Virus record (IMG/VR): IMGVR_UViG_3300050821_002969
Location: 1 to 64,000 of that record
From: a virus
Lineage: Duplodnaviria; Heunggongvirae; Uroviricota; Caudoviricetes
Length of the DNA: 64,000 bases
Strand: one strand, 5' to 3'
Position numbers and translations under genes: made by a program
Shown: in pieces, positions 46,871 through 53,664 of the stretch
How positions within the stretch are numbered: position 1 is the first letter of the stretch
Layout of the letters: every line of letters starts with the position of its first letter
The notes under the pieces: generated by a model
What the model was told of the DNA's origin: nothing
The model's input: only the letters and a program-made list of their open reading frames with translations
The model's database searches: none

Positions 46871-46944
46871 TGGAGCGGCCTACCGTAATCGAAACGGTGC
46901 CCCGACCATGGCAAGGTCATGCGCTACCACTACACCAAGGCCGC
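46871..46944 (-). tRNA. tRNA-Gly(GCC), CCA encoded
   Basis: Acceptor GCGGCCT/AGGCCGC. Anticodon arm TGACC-TTGCCAT-GGTCG. T-arm ACCGT-TTCGATT-ACGGT. Confidence 0.7.
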
Positions 46945-46946
46945 AC

Positions 46947-47021
46947 TGGAGCGGAGTACGAGAGTCAAACTCGTTAGTAGTTGGGTGGAAACCAACCGCC
47001 TTATCGTCCGGCCCACTCCGC
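46947..47021 (-). tRNA. tRNA-Gly(UCC), CCA encoded
   Basis: Acceptor GCGGAGT/ACTCCGC. Anticodon arm GTTGG-TTTCCAC-CCAAC. T-arm ACGAG-TTTGACT-CTCGT. Confidence 0.65.
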
Positions 47022-47483
47022 TCATTCACAGCAAACTCCGTTCTTGTTGGTTGCCGTGCATTCCAAACAAAATTCTACAGCATGTTTCACGCATGGGTAT
47101 TCTTTCCAGCCATGCCGCGCCATATAGTTATCCCAATGGCTAGCTACCCAGTAACGCGGGCGAGAAGTTGTACCGCAACGGTCATCCCAGCATTCCTTAC
47201 AGCGTGCAGAGCCAGAACCGAGCTTGGTTTCTGCGCCGCAGTCAATACAGAAAGTGGCACCAGTGCTGTGAGTCGAACACAGTTCGGAAGATTTGGAGGC
47301 TTCCCGCGCACCCTTTGCATCTTCACTGGCGAAAAATTGTTTCAATAACTTAAACATCTTTTTCCTTTCAAAGTGGCGGTGTGTACGGGTAACGATCCCG
47401 CTATTTCCTGTTAGACAGACAGGCGGCTCGCCATTTGCCTTACACACCCAAAATTTGTGGCCCCGAGTAGTTGAATCGAACAA
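47022..47483 (-). CDS. Cys-rich hypothetical protein (start uncertain; possibly the internal MFKLLKQ)
   Basis: ORF abutting tRNA-Gly with many CxxC pairs (CIDCG, CKECWDDRCG, CLEC). Confidence 0.3.
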   Translation of the reverse strand: MFDSTTRGHKFWVCKANGEPPVCLTGNSGIVTRTHRHFERKKMFKLLKQFFASEDAKGAREASKSSELCSTHSTGATFCIDCGAETKLGSGSARCKECWDDRCGTTSRPRYWVASHWDNYMARHGWKEYPCVKHAVEFCLECTATNKNGVCCE

Positions 47484-47531
47484 CTGTTAGCTGATCCAGA
47501 ATCAGCAGTCTTGCCACTAAACGAACTCGGA
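47458..47531 (-). tRNA. tRNA-Gln(CUG), U1-G72, CCA encoded
   Basis: Acceptor TCCGAGT/ACTCGGG. D-stem GTTT/AGAC. Anticodon arm GCTGA-TTCTGGA-TCAGC. T-arm AGTTG-TTCGATT-CAACT. Confidence 0.65.
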
Positions 47532-47532
47532 G

Positions 47533-47606
47533 TGGAAGGGAGTCTGAGAATCGGACTCAGTTCTGGTGATCCAAAGTCACCGGCATTGCCATTATGCGAA
47601 CTCCCC
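47533..47606 (-). tRNA. tRNA-Gln(UUG), CCA encoded
   Basis: Acceptor GGGGAGT/ACTCCCT. D-stem GCAT/ATGC. Anticodon arm GGTGA-CTTTGGA-TCACC. T-arm CTGAG-TCCGATT-CTCAG. Confidence 0.65.
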
Positions 47607-47797
47607 GCTAAACCTTCAACGGTATCGCACGAACGCATCTCGCGCAGATTACCGAACTTGAGTCAATATCCTTTTCCAACTTTCGCCGCGCTTCGCGAGC
47701 CTCTTCCACAAGGGCAAAGTGATCTTTGCCCATGCTGCAATAATCTGCCGTGCCCGGTAATACAATCGCGCCGAAAAGTTCGTGTCGCATGAATCCT

Positions 47798-47877
47798 TGG
47801 TGCCGCATGTCGGACTCGCACCGACTAGAATATTCTGTTTGAAAAACAGATCGCTCGACGACTTTGCGCTATGCGGC
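47798..47877 (-). tRNA. tRNA-Glu(UUC), 80 nt, T-loop TGCGAGT, CCA encoded
   Basis: Acceptor GCCGCAT/ATGCGGC. Anticodon arm TCTGT-TTTTCAA-ACAGA. 8-nt variable loop. T-arm GTCGG-TGCGAGT-CCGAC. Confidence 0.6.
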
Positions 47878-47879
47878 GT

Positions 47880-47959
47880 TGGTAGCATACTCGGGACTCG
47901 CACCCGATAGAATGTCTAGATTGAGAATCTAGCCGCTCGACTACTTTGCGCTGTATGCC
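47880..47959 (-). tRNA. tRNA-Glu(CUC), paralog of the previous tRNA, CCA encoded
   Basis: Acceptor GGCATAC/GTATGCT. Anticodon arm CTAGA-TTCTCAA-TCTAG. T-arm TCGGG-TGCGAGT-CCCGA. Confidence 0.6.
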
Positions 47960-47960
47960 A

Positions 47961-47996
47961 CAAAAACCAAATCCCCGACCTTGTTGCGGCTCGGGG
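47961..47996 (-). terminator. Hairpin plus U-rich tract immediately 5' of the tRNA island (terminator or leader-processing structure)
   Basis: On the minus strand CCCCGAGCCGCAACAAGGTCGGGG is followed by ATTTGGTTTTTG, ending 2 nt before tRNA-Glu(CUC). Confidence 0.4.
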
Positions 47997-48118
47997 AAGA
48001 TTGAACTACGTTTAATGTATTCCCCGATTATTTCGATGCACCTTCTTGCTGCCACGGTTGCGCGGCCGCTGGAAAACAATCGGTATGAAAAACATTGTTC
48101 ATTGGTTAATGAGTTAAT

Positions 48119-48147
48119 ACTAAAGAAAACTTAGGCGCGTGTCAAGC
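48119..48147 (-). promoter_or_regulatory. Sigma70-like promoter TTGACA-N17-TAGTAT on the minus strand
   Basis: The minus-strand reading GGCTTGACACGCGCCTAAGTTTTCTTTAGTATTAAC has a perfect -35, a 17-nt spacer and a 4/6 match at -10. It points into the hairpin and the tRNA island. Confidence 0.35.
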
Positions 48148-48188
48148 CGTGTAAACGCAGAGCACGGTAATCCAAGCTGCGGTTTTCA

Positions 48189-48653
48189 TCATTTCTGCTC
48201 CTTGGGTGGGGCCGTCTGTCTGGCAAGATTCAGCAATATCTGTATTCTTGCGCGGGTTAGGTTTGGTAACCATTCCTGATCTTTCCCTGAAAGCGCATCT
48301 ACGAGAATAGCTTGCACGCACTCTTCCACTGGTGGGGCCTCGGACTCCGCGTGTCGCTCTAATTTCTTGTGTAGCGCTTCCCGTGCTTCGCGGAGTTCCG
48401 CTTGCAACCCGTCACGTTCAACCATTACTGCTACCAGTTCGGCGTGATATTCCGCCCGCAACTGCTTCGTGGCTTCGACGGCGTGTGTAGCTAATAGTTT
48501 AGCTAGTTCACTAGCTTCTGCCTCATCAGCATTGCCGATTATTGGTCGCCCACAATTCCCGTAAGCACCCCGCACGATCTTCAATGCCATCGGATACCAG
48601 AACTGCTCGGGGAGCGATACGCCGTCTCCAGCGTCCTCAGCTTCTTGTGTCAT
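48189..48653 (-). CDS. hypothetical protein (GC-rich island)
   Basis: 154-aa ORF with charged, helical composition. Confidence 0.4.
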   Translation of the reverse strand: MTQEAEDAGDGVSLPEQFWYPMALKIVRGAYGNCGRPIIGNADEAEASELAKLLATHAVEATKQLRAEYHAELVAVMVERDGLQAELREAREALHKKLERHAESEAPPVEECVQAILVDALSGKDQEWLPNLTRARIQILLNLARQTAPPKEQK

Positions 48654-48658
48654 CGGCT

Positions 48659-48877
48659 TTATACTCGACTTTCTTTCAACTCGCGTTCGAGTTGTGGGTA
48701 TGCCTGCATCAAGCGTTCCCGCAAGCAGCGGAGTTTCTTCAAGAGTTCCGCGTCCGATTCGTTACCATCCATGAGCGTACAGAAAACGGAGTACCACACT
48801 TTCAGGACTTCAACCTTTCTAGGGTCTGGATTGTGCGTCATCGGGTCCGCTCCTACACACCCACTTTCATCTTTCAT
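48659..48877 (-). CDS. hypothetical protein with a duplicated SD-ATG start
   Basis: 72-aa ORF. The 17-mer AGGAGCGGACCCGATGA occurs at both Met1 and Met13. Confidence 0.35.
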   Translation of the reverse strand: MKDESGCVGADPMTHNPDPRKVEVLKVWYSVFCTLMDGNESDAELLKKLRCLRERLMQAYPQLERELKESRV

Positions 48878-49104
48878 CGGGTCCGCTCCTGTTCCGCTCG
48901 AATACAGTCACAAGTAAAGCCTTTATCAAGCCGTTTCTGGTGTGCCACGGCTTCTCCTTTTTGAAAGAAGCCACGTTCATCTGGCTGATGGTCTGGGTGC
49001 TCCCACGCTTGCCAGTTAACTCGTTCGCCTTGCGTTGGAGAGTAGCCATTGATCTTTCGTACCAGCCGCCAGCCTTTAGATACGAGATAGTCAGCGTCGT
49101 TCAT
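48874..49104 (-). CDS. hypothetical protein
   Basis: 76-aa ORF joined to the next gene by an ATGA stop-start overlap. Confidence 0.35.
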   Translation of the reverse strand: MNDADYLVSKGWRLVRKINGYSPTQGERVNWQAWEHPDHQPDERGFFQKGEAVAHQKRLDKGFTCDCIRAEQERTR

Positions 49105-49417
49105 GGCTTAGCTCCTGCTCTAGCATCCGCTCAACTTCTGCGGCGATCTCGGCACACGGCACGCGAAAGCTGGCCTTATTCTTTGCACACGTCCAAGTCG
49201 CCTCCGCTACAAGCTCGGCCATACGCTCAAGCAGCGACTCCACTGCAAAAGGATTGCCCGAAACATAGCGTGGGGCGGCTACCAGTTCCGCTGCCTTCTG
49301 AAATGGTCGGTCAGCCATGCAAGTCCTCCCTAATTGGCAGCGAGCCACGTGGTTTATTCTGGATCGTAAAACGAATCGAGCCAACCAATCATTTTCCGTG
49401 GCGTAATGTTTGGACAC
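49091..49417 (-). CDS. hypothetical protein
   Basis: 108-aa ORF. Confidence 0.35.
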   Translation of the reverse strand: MSKHYATENDWLARFVLRSRINHVARCQLGRTCMADRPFQKAAELVAAPRYVSGNPFAVESLLERMAELVAEATWTCAKNKASFRVPCAEIAAEVERMLEQELSHERR

Positions 49418-49563
49418 TGAAGTCCGGCACTGTGTTCGAGTTTGGCGTTCTTACAGTTAAAGCATCTTGGTTCCGTTCTATTTTTCTTCCGTGGCGTGGC
49501 GTCCATTGTGACAGCGACCACGGTGTTAATTTGGACTGTCCCGGTTGTCATTTCCACAATCAC
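49354..49563 (-). CDS. small Cys-containing protein
   Basis: 69 aa with CFNCKN...LQCPN. A GGAGGAG Shine-Dalgarno lies upstream. Confidence 0.35.
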   Translation of the reverse strand: MIVEMTTGTVQINTVVAVTMDATPRKKNRTEPRCFNCKNAKLEHSAGLQCPNITPRKMIGWLDSFYDPE

Positions 49564-49626
49564 TCCTCCGTTTCTTGAGACGCCAGAATCCGCCCCGCTT
49601 CATCTCTCCAAGGCTGCCGTGCGTTA

Positions 49627-49652
49627 GTTGTGGACTCACCCCGGTCACCGAA
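49627..49652. repeat. 26-nt direct repeat, copy 1 (GTTGTGGACTCACCCCGGTCACCGAA)
   Basis: Identical to 50414-50439. The 16-nt core recurs at 50802-50817. All copies sit at start or stop junctions of minus-strand genes in the GC-rich island. Confidence 0.7.
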
Positions 49653-50412
49653 TTCCGTTTGGCGAACAATTCCAAAGACGTGTTAATCCGAGCATTTCCA
49701 GCTCGCTGATGCTGTGGAGCCTGATGCGATGGGCTTCAAGTGCGCCCTCAACCGAGCCGTATTCCCCATGAGCGATCGACAGCGCCGCCTTCATTGCATC
49801 TTTTACACGGGTTAGGGATTCGCGCTGTTTGTCCTGCTCTCGGTACTCTTTGCGGATTCGGTTGATGTGCTCGTATCTCGTATGGTTGTCACGGCGACAG
49901 GCAACCGCATGGATCAGGTTTCTTTGCTGCTCTGCTGTCGTCATGCGGATTTGCGGGACATTGCGCGTGACCATACAATCCCGCCCTTCGCTGTATTCGA
50001 GGACGCCCCATCCTTGTGGCCTCTCGGATTCTCCAATCAATCCAGACGGCGCGGCAATCCAACTCAGATCAGCCATTGGAGGGGCGGTCCATTTCTTGTC
50101 GCCCAGAAAATCACCGCGCGAAGTCTTGACTTCCACGATGATGGTCATCATGCACGCCATTGCCGCGACTTCTGCCTCCCAGACTTCACGCTCCGCACGC
50201 TTGTTCCATTTCGGGGCACGGCGAATTAACTTGAGTTCCTGCAACTCAGTATTCGACGGGCAGACCACGGAGGCAATATCCGCAATCCATCCGAAATGCA
50301 CACAAACCTCTGTTTCGACAGGCTTACAGCCGCGTTCATCAAGCCAGAAGCATGTCGCCGCCGTGATCTGCTTTGTAATCTCCGTCTTATTCTGATCGTC
50401 AAAAAGGCTCAT
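49645..50412 (-). CDS. PD-(D/E)xK nuclease-fold protein (MmcB-like)
   Basis: 255 aa with ...VHFGWIADIASV...TIIVEVKTSRGDF..., a D-x(n)-E-V-K arrangement. Its start is directly preceded by the 26-nt repeat and its stop lies inside the other repeat copy. Confidence 0.45.
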   Translation of the reverse strand: MSLFDDQNKTEITKQITAATCFWLDERGCKPVETEVCVHFGWIADIASVVCPSNTELQELKLIRRAPKWNKRAEREVWEAEVAAMACMMTIIVEVKTSRGDFLGDKKWTAPPMADLSWIAAPSGLIGESERPQGWGVLEYSEGRDCMVTRNVPQIRMTTAEQQRNLIHAVACRRDNHTRYEHINRIRKEYREQDKQRESLTRVKDAMKAALSIAHGEYGSVEGALEAHRIRLHSISELEMLGLTRLWNCSPNGIR

Positions 50413-50413
50413 G

Positions 50414-50439
50414 GTTGTGGACTCACCCCGGTCACCGAA
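50414..50439. repeat. 26-nt direct repeat, copy 2
   Basis: Exact copy. The ATG of the PD-(D/E)xK-like gene (50410-50412) abuts it. Confidence 0.7.
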
Positions 50440-50815
50440 CTTTTACCTTTCGTTGCTGAATATGCATTCGTAGCAGCGTCAGGGTCCGTTCCCGCGAACG
50501 AGAAAGCCGCCACGAACACCAGCCTTTATGCCCACTCGAACGTCCGCAAGGGCATTGTAAGTCTTGCACTTTTAACAAGCGTTTCCGCAGTTTCATTACA
50601 GTGTTTATGGCCAAGTGAGACAACTTTGCAGTTTCCCGAATACTAAGGCCAGCTCTCAAAAATTCCAGCGCCGGACGAAGACGAGACTTCTTTGCCATGC
50701 CTTCAAATAGGACGGCTTGGATAGTTTCATCCTGAGCAAGCGCCTCCTCGTATCGCCGTCCACGAAGGATTGATAGCCCCTCTTGTGCGTAGCGCTGTGC
50801 AAGTTGTGGACTCAC
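50432..50815 (-). CDS. HTH plus Cys-cluster putative regulator
   Basis: 127 aa with LSIRETAKLSHLAINTV (helix-turn-helix) and CPCGRSSGHKGWC. The start region overlaps the third partial repeat copy. Confidence 0.4.
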   Translation of the reverse strand: MSPQLAQRYAQEGLSILRGRRYEEALAQDETIQAVLFEGMAKKSRLRPALEFLRAGLSIRETAKLSHLAINTVMKLRKRLLKVQDLQCPCGRSSGHKGWCSWRLSRSRERTLTLLRMHIQQRKVKVR

Positions 50816-50817
50816 CC
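50802..50817. repeat. Partial third copy of the repeat (GTTGTGGACTCACCCC)
   Basis: The 16-nt core overlaps the GTG start region of the 50432-50815 gene. Confidence 0.6.
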
Positions 50818-50882
50818 CTCAGCCCTCCGCCGTTTCCCCGCCTGAATGTTTTGATTGTAACGCATTGGAAAAAGATTCAGAA

Positions 50883-50958
50883 ATGGTGGGCGGCCCGAGA
50901 GTTAAACTCGGATTTGCAGATTCGGAATCTGCTAGGTTTTTCCGTTACCTCAGCCACC
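50883..50958 (-). tRNA. tRNA-Arg(CCG), CCA encoded
   Basis: Acceptor GGGTGGC/GCCGCCC. D-stem AGGT/ACCT. Anticodon arm GCAGA-TTCCGAA-TCTGC. T-arm CCGAG-TTTAACT-CTCGG. Confidence 0.65.
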
Positions 50959-50959
50959 C

Positions 50960-51036
50960 ATGGTGCCAGCGACAGGACTCAAACCTGCATTCAACTCTTT
51001 AGGAAAGAGTGCCGTTGTTCAATTACGGTACGCTGG
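50960..51036 (-). tRNA. tRNA-Arg(CCU), CCA encoded
   Basis: Acceptor GCCAGCG/CGCTGGC. D-stem CCGT/ACGG. Anticodon arm ACTCT-TTCCTAA-AGAGT. T-arm GCAGG-TTTGAGT-CCTGT. Confidence 0.65.
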
Positions 51037-51332
51037 CAAAATATGGCCACAAGTTAAGTTGAAAACTTTCGCCAGTTACTTTGTCCTTCTGTGCTGGGCC
51101 ACTCGAAACGATTAAGCTTAATCTATCCCAGCCTTCTGCCCGCGCTTTCCTCGGGATTAGGGGCGTTTCCTTCCAGACTTTTTACCAACTTCGGAGATTC
51201 CCTCAGAACCATTGCTGGAATGCATCTGAATTCCACTCCGCGACTCTAGATCGACTTTTGGGTTAGCAAGCTAGTCGTCCAACTTGCGGCGGCAACTTTT
51301 TCGTGGCCAAAGTAAATATAGCACGAAAGAAA

Positions 51333-51411
51333 TGGTGCGGATAGGAAGATTTGAACTCCCGGCCTCTTCGTTCGTAGCGAAGCGCTCTAAATCCAACTGA
51401 GCTATACCCGC
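51333..51411 (-). tRNA. tRNA-Arg(ACG), CCA encoded
   Basis: Acceptor GCGGGTA/TATCCGC. D-stem GCTC/GAGC. Anticodon arm CTTCG-CTACGAA-CGAAG. T-arm GGGAG-TTCAAAT-CTTCC. Confidence 0.7.
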
Positions 51412-51416
51412 AAACT

Positions 51417-51493
51417 TGGTAGCGCACTGAGGATTCAAACCCCAATCACCGAAGGTAGAAGCTTCGTGCATTGTTCAGTTATGCTAGTGCGCC
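51417..51493 (-). tRNA. tRNA-Arg(UCU), CCA encoded
   Basis: Acceptor GGCGCAC/GTGCGCT. D-stem GCAT/ATGC. Anticodon arm CGAAG-CTTCTAC-CTTCG. T-arm TGGGG-TTTGAAT-CCTCA. Confidence 0.65.
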
Positions 51494-51578
51494 AAAATTG
51501 GTCGGGGCCAAGGGATTCCCACCCTTATCGGCTCGCTTAAAAGGCGAGGGTACTCAGTGTTGTACTAGACCCCGAAAC

Positions 51579-51655
51579 TGGTGGCTACGGCGGGGTTTTC
51601 GCCCGCATTATCTTCTTTAAGAGAGAAGAACGATTCGCTTTTCCGTCACGTAGCC
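51579..51655 (-). tRNA. tRNA-Lys(CUU) with a non-canonical T-loop CGAAAAC, CCA encoded
   Basis: Acceptor GGCTACG/CGTAGCC. Anticodon arm CTTCT-CTCTTAA-AGAAG. T-stem GCGGG/CCCGC with loop CGAAAAC. Confidence 0.55.
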
Positions 51656-51661
51656 GTAAAA

Positions 51662-51739
51662 TGGTGCGGGATATTGGAATTGAACCAATGACCTCGGCTT
51701 TATCAGAACCGCGCTCTAAGCCGACTGAGCTAATCCCGC
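51662..51739 (-). tRNA. tRNA-Ile(GAU), CCA encoded
   Basis: Acceptor GCGGGAT/ATCCCGC. D-stem GCTC/GAGC. Anticodon arm CGGTT-CTGATAA-AGCCG. T-arm ATTGG-TTCAATT-CCAAT. Confidence 0.7.
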
Positions 51740-51741
51740 GT

Positions 51742-51817
51742 TGGTACTCCGACTAGGATTTGCACCTAGAACTTCCGTCTTGTAAGGGCGGCACTCTGCT
51801 AGTTGAGTTATCGGAGC
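51742..51817 (-). tRNA. tRNA-Val(UAC), T-loop TGCAAAT, CCA encoded
   Basis: Acceptor GCTCCGA/TCGGAGT. D-stem ACTC/GAGT. Anticodon arm CCGCC-CTTACAA-GACGG (one C-A mismatch). T-arm CTAGG-TGCAAAT-CCTAG. Confidence 0.6.
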
Positions 51818-51829
51818 ATTTTAAAATTT

Positions 51830-51906
51830 TGGTGGTTCCGCTTGGATTTGAACCAAGGACCGTCATCTTATGAGAATGCCGCTCTAAACCGCTGAGCTAC
51901 GGAACC
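51830..51906 (-). tRNA. tRNA-Met(CAU) (elongator or Ile2-type), CCA encoded
   Basis: Acceptor GGTTCCG/CGGAACC. D-stem GCTC/GAGC. Anticodon loop CTCATAA. T-arm CTTGG-TTCAAAT-CCAAG. Confidence 0.65.
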
Positions 51907-51908
51907 GG

Positions 51909-51982
51909 CTGGGGAAACTGGATTCGAACCAGCAGCCTCTTGATTAACAGTCAAGCGAACGAACCTTTCGTTCTATTCCCCA
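51909..51982 (-). tRNA. tRNA-Asn(GUU), no encoded CCA
   Basis: Acceptor TGGGGAA/TTCCCCA. D-stem GAAC/GTTC. Anticodon arm CTTGA-CTGTTAA-TCAAG. T-arm GCTGG-TTCGAAT-CCAGT. Confidence 0.65.
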
Positions 51983-51985
51983 ATA

Positions 51986-52022
51986 ACCCCAAACACGAAA
52001 CCCCAAGATTGTAGTCTTGGGG
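51986..52022 (-). terminator. Hairpin plus U-rich tract 5' of the second tRNA island
   Basis: On the minus strand CCCCAAGACTACAATCTTGGGG is followed by TTTCGTGTTT, ending 3 nt before tRNA-Asn. Confidence 0.4.
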
Positions 52023-52432
52023 TTCGCTGGATAACAACATGTGCTAAGTGCTTATTCCAAACGCGCCCCATGGAGCCGCATATTTATGCGATTCCTTCTA
52101 ATGACTACAGCGCGTTTGAATACTAAGCTCATTGGTGTAAATGGTACAGCACGGAAAAACAAATTGCAAGTTTTATTTTAACGAAGCCGCGCTATAACTG
52201 ATCGTGTCGGCCTTCGGCTGAAGCGAGGTATAAACCGATGCTGGCTTATAGCCGCCACCGCGATTCTTGATAAATGTTCCGCTTATACCGAGACTAGCCT
52301 GATCTAAGCTTGCATTTATGACCCCTCCTGGTTTAAGACTCCAATTTAGTGGCCCCGACAAAGATTTAACCATAACATCTTGAGCTATGCGCAATGGATC
52401 AGCCACGCTCCCACAAAATTTCAGGAGTGTGG

Positions 52433-52654
52433 CTAAAAAGGGCGGATAACAATCTCGATGTTGTCTAGCTTGTCCTCGTATTCTTTGGCGATTTCTCTCG
52501 CCGCCTTCATGCCAACTTCTTTGTCGGTTTTTGCGAGAACTACTTTTGGGGACTGAACGATTATGCTTGGTTCAGTAATATCTTCTCCCGCCCCGTTGCG
52601 CTTGGTGGTTGGATGGTAAAGAACGGCATATTCAAACAGACTTCCTCTTGCCAT
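52433..52654 (-). CDS. hypothetical protein
   Basis: 73-aa ORF. The ATACGTTAAACGTAC palindrome lies about 85 nt upstream. Confidence 0.35.
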   Translation of the reverse strand: MARGSLFEYAVLYHPTTKRNGAGEDITEPSIIVQSPKVVLAKTDKEVGMKAAREIAKEYEDKLDNIEIVIRPF

Positions 52655-52734
52655 ATAAATCCTCTCTCTTTTTTGGGGTAAACAACAAGATAATTATACG
52701 CCGCGTGTCAAGTTTTTAGACAAAAAAACACGGA

Positions 52735-52749
52735 ATACGTTAAACGTAC
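52735..52749. promoter_or_regulatory. Palindromic motif ATACGTTAAACGTAC (candidate operator or promoter element)
   Basis: An exact 15-mer is also at 56473-56487. Variants are at 11909-11923 (ATACGTTAAACGTAG), 62817-62830 (ATACGTTAAATGTC) and 62018-62032 (GTACATTTAATGTAC). All are intergenic or at gene starts. Confidence 0.45.
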
Positions 52750-52779
52750 CCCGCATCTTCGGTCGTAAAATGCGCCGAA

Positions 52780-53385
52780 TTACTTTACCAACCCAAGCGT
52801 GGCAACGTGAGTAAGGGTGCCATGATATTGGACCTTAACTTTTCCCGCACAAGCCTTTTCGCCTGCACATACGTCGCTAGCCCAACGCGCCTTGATTACT
52901 TCTGGCGACAAAGATTGTGTTCCTGCCGCGCTGTGCAATACCGCCATCTTGGCAGTCTTGGTGGGAGCGTTCTGGAGTTGTGGCAACAGTTCAAGAACGG
53001 CAGTAGTGGTAGCTGTAATCAGTTTTACCCACGCAGTCACTTTTTGCTGTACTACGGGGTCTGAAATATGCGCTGCCGCAAGCTCTGCTGGCAGGTTAGT
53101 GTTAATAGCGGCTACGGCTGCATTGATCTTTTGCAAGTCAGTTGTAGCCCCAGAAGCCTTGTAGGCATCATAGTCTGTCTTGACAACGGCTAGTCCGCTA
53201 GAAGCTACGCTAGCTAGTACGCCACACGCAGCAGAATCGGCAGGAGAAACTTGGCCAATAGCGGTACAGATTACCGCAGACGTGGTGATGAGCAAATTAA
53301 TGTCTGCCAATGCTTGGTCCACGCTGCACGCGACCATGGAGAAGCAGAGAACTAGAACCAAGAGCGAAGAAAGTATTTTGTTCAT
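52780..53385 (-). CDS. Lipoprotein (possible outer-membrane spanin-like component of the lysis cassette)
   Basis: N-terminus MNKILSSLLVLVLCFSMVACSV: a signal peptide with a lipobox-like MVAC. 201 aa, Ala-rich. Confidence 0.4.
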   Translation of the reverse strand: MNKILSSLLVLVLCFSMVACSVDQALADINLLITTSAVICTAIGQVSPADSAACGVLASVASSGLAVVKTDYDAYKASGATTDLQKINAAVAAINTNLPAELAAAHISDPVVQQKVTAWVKLITATTTAVLELLPQLQNAPTKTAKMAVLHSAAGTQSLSPEVIKARWASDVCAGEKACAGKVKVQYHGTLTHVATLGLVK

Positions 53386-53388
53386 AGA

Positions 53389-53664
53389 TTAGATTTTACC
53401 AACGTTGTCTGGCTTTGTGGTGGAATTTCCGTTAGTTGTTGGTGCGGAAGGACTTTTAGCGGGAGTCATGTAGAACGCATACAAGATTCCCGCCGCGCTA
53501 CTAGCAGCCGTAGCCGCGTAGTGCTTGAGACAAGAAACGCTTACACATCCACCTTCCGACCACGCATGGCCAGCGGTTACAAGAAACGACCCAGCCCCGG
53601 CAGTAATCGCAGCCTGTACTTGGTGGGGAAGCGATTTCCAGAAATTTTTGAGTTTTGTGAACAT
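53389..53664 (-). CDS. small membrane protein (holin-like candidate)
   Basis: 91 aa with two hydrophobic segments (AAITAGAGSFLVTAGHAW and AATAASSAAGILYAFYM). Confidence 0.35.
   Translation of the reverse strand: MFTKLKNFWKSLPHQVQAAITAGAGSFLVTAGHAWSEGGCVSVSCLKHYAATAASSAAGILYAFYMTPAKSPSAPTTNGNSTTKPDNVGKI

Noticed and set aside
49627-50817. CRISPR array
   Set aside because: There are only 2.6 copies of the 26-nt repeat, about 790 and 390 nt apart, with protein-coding genes between them and no cas genes. This is not CRISPR architecture.
52690-52712. Perfect TTGACA ... TATAAT sigma70 promoter on the minus strand
   Set aside because: The two hexamers are separated by only 7 nt, not 17 +/- 1. At most the TATAAT could act as a stand-alone -10.
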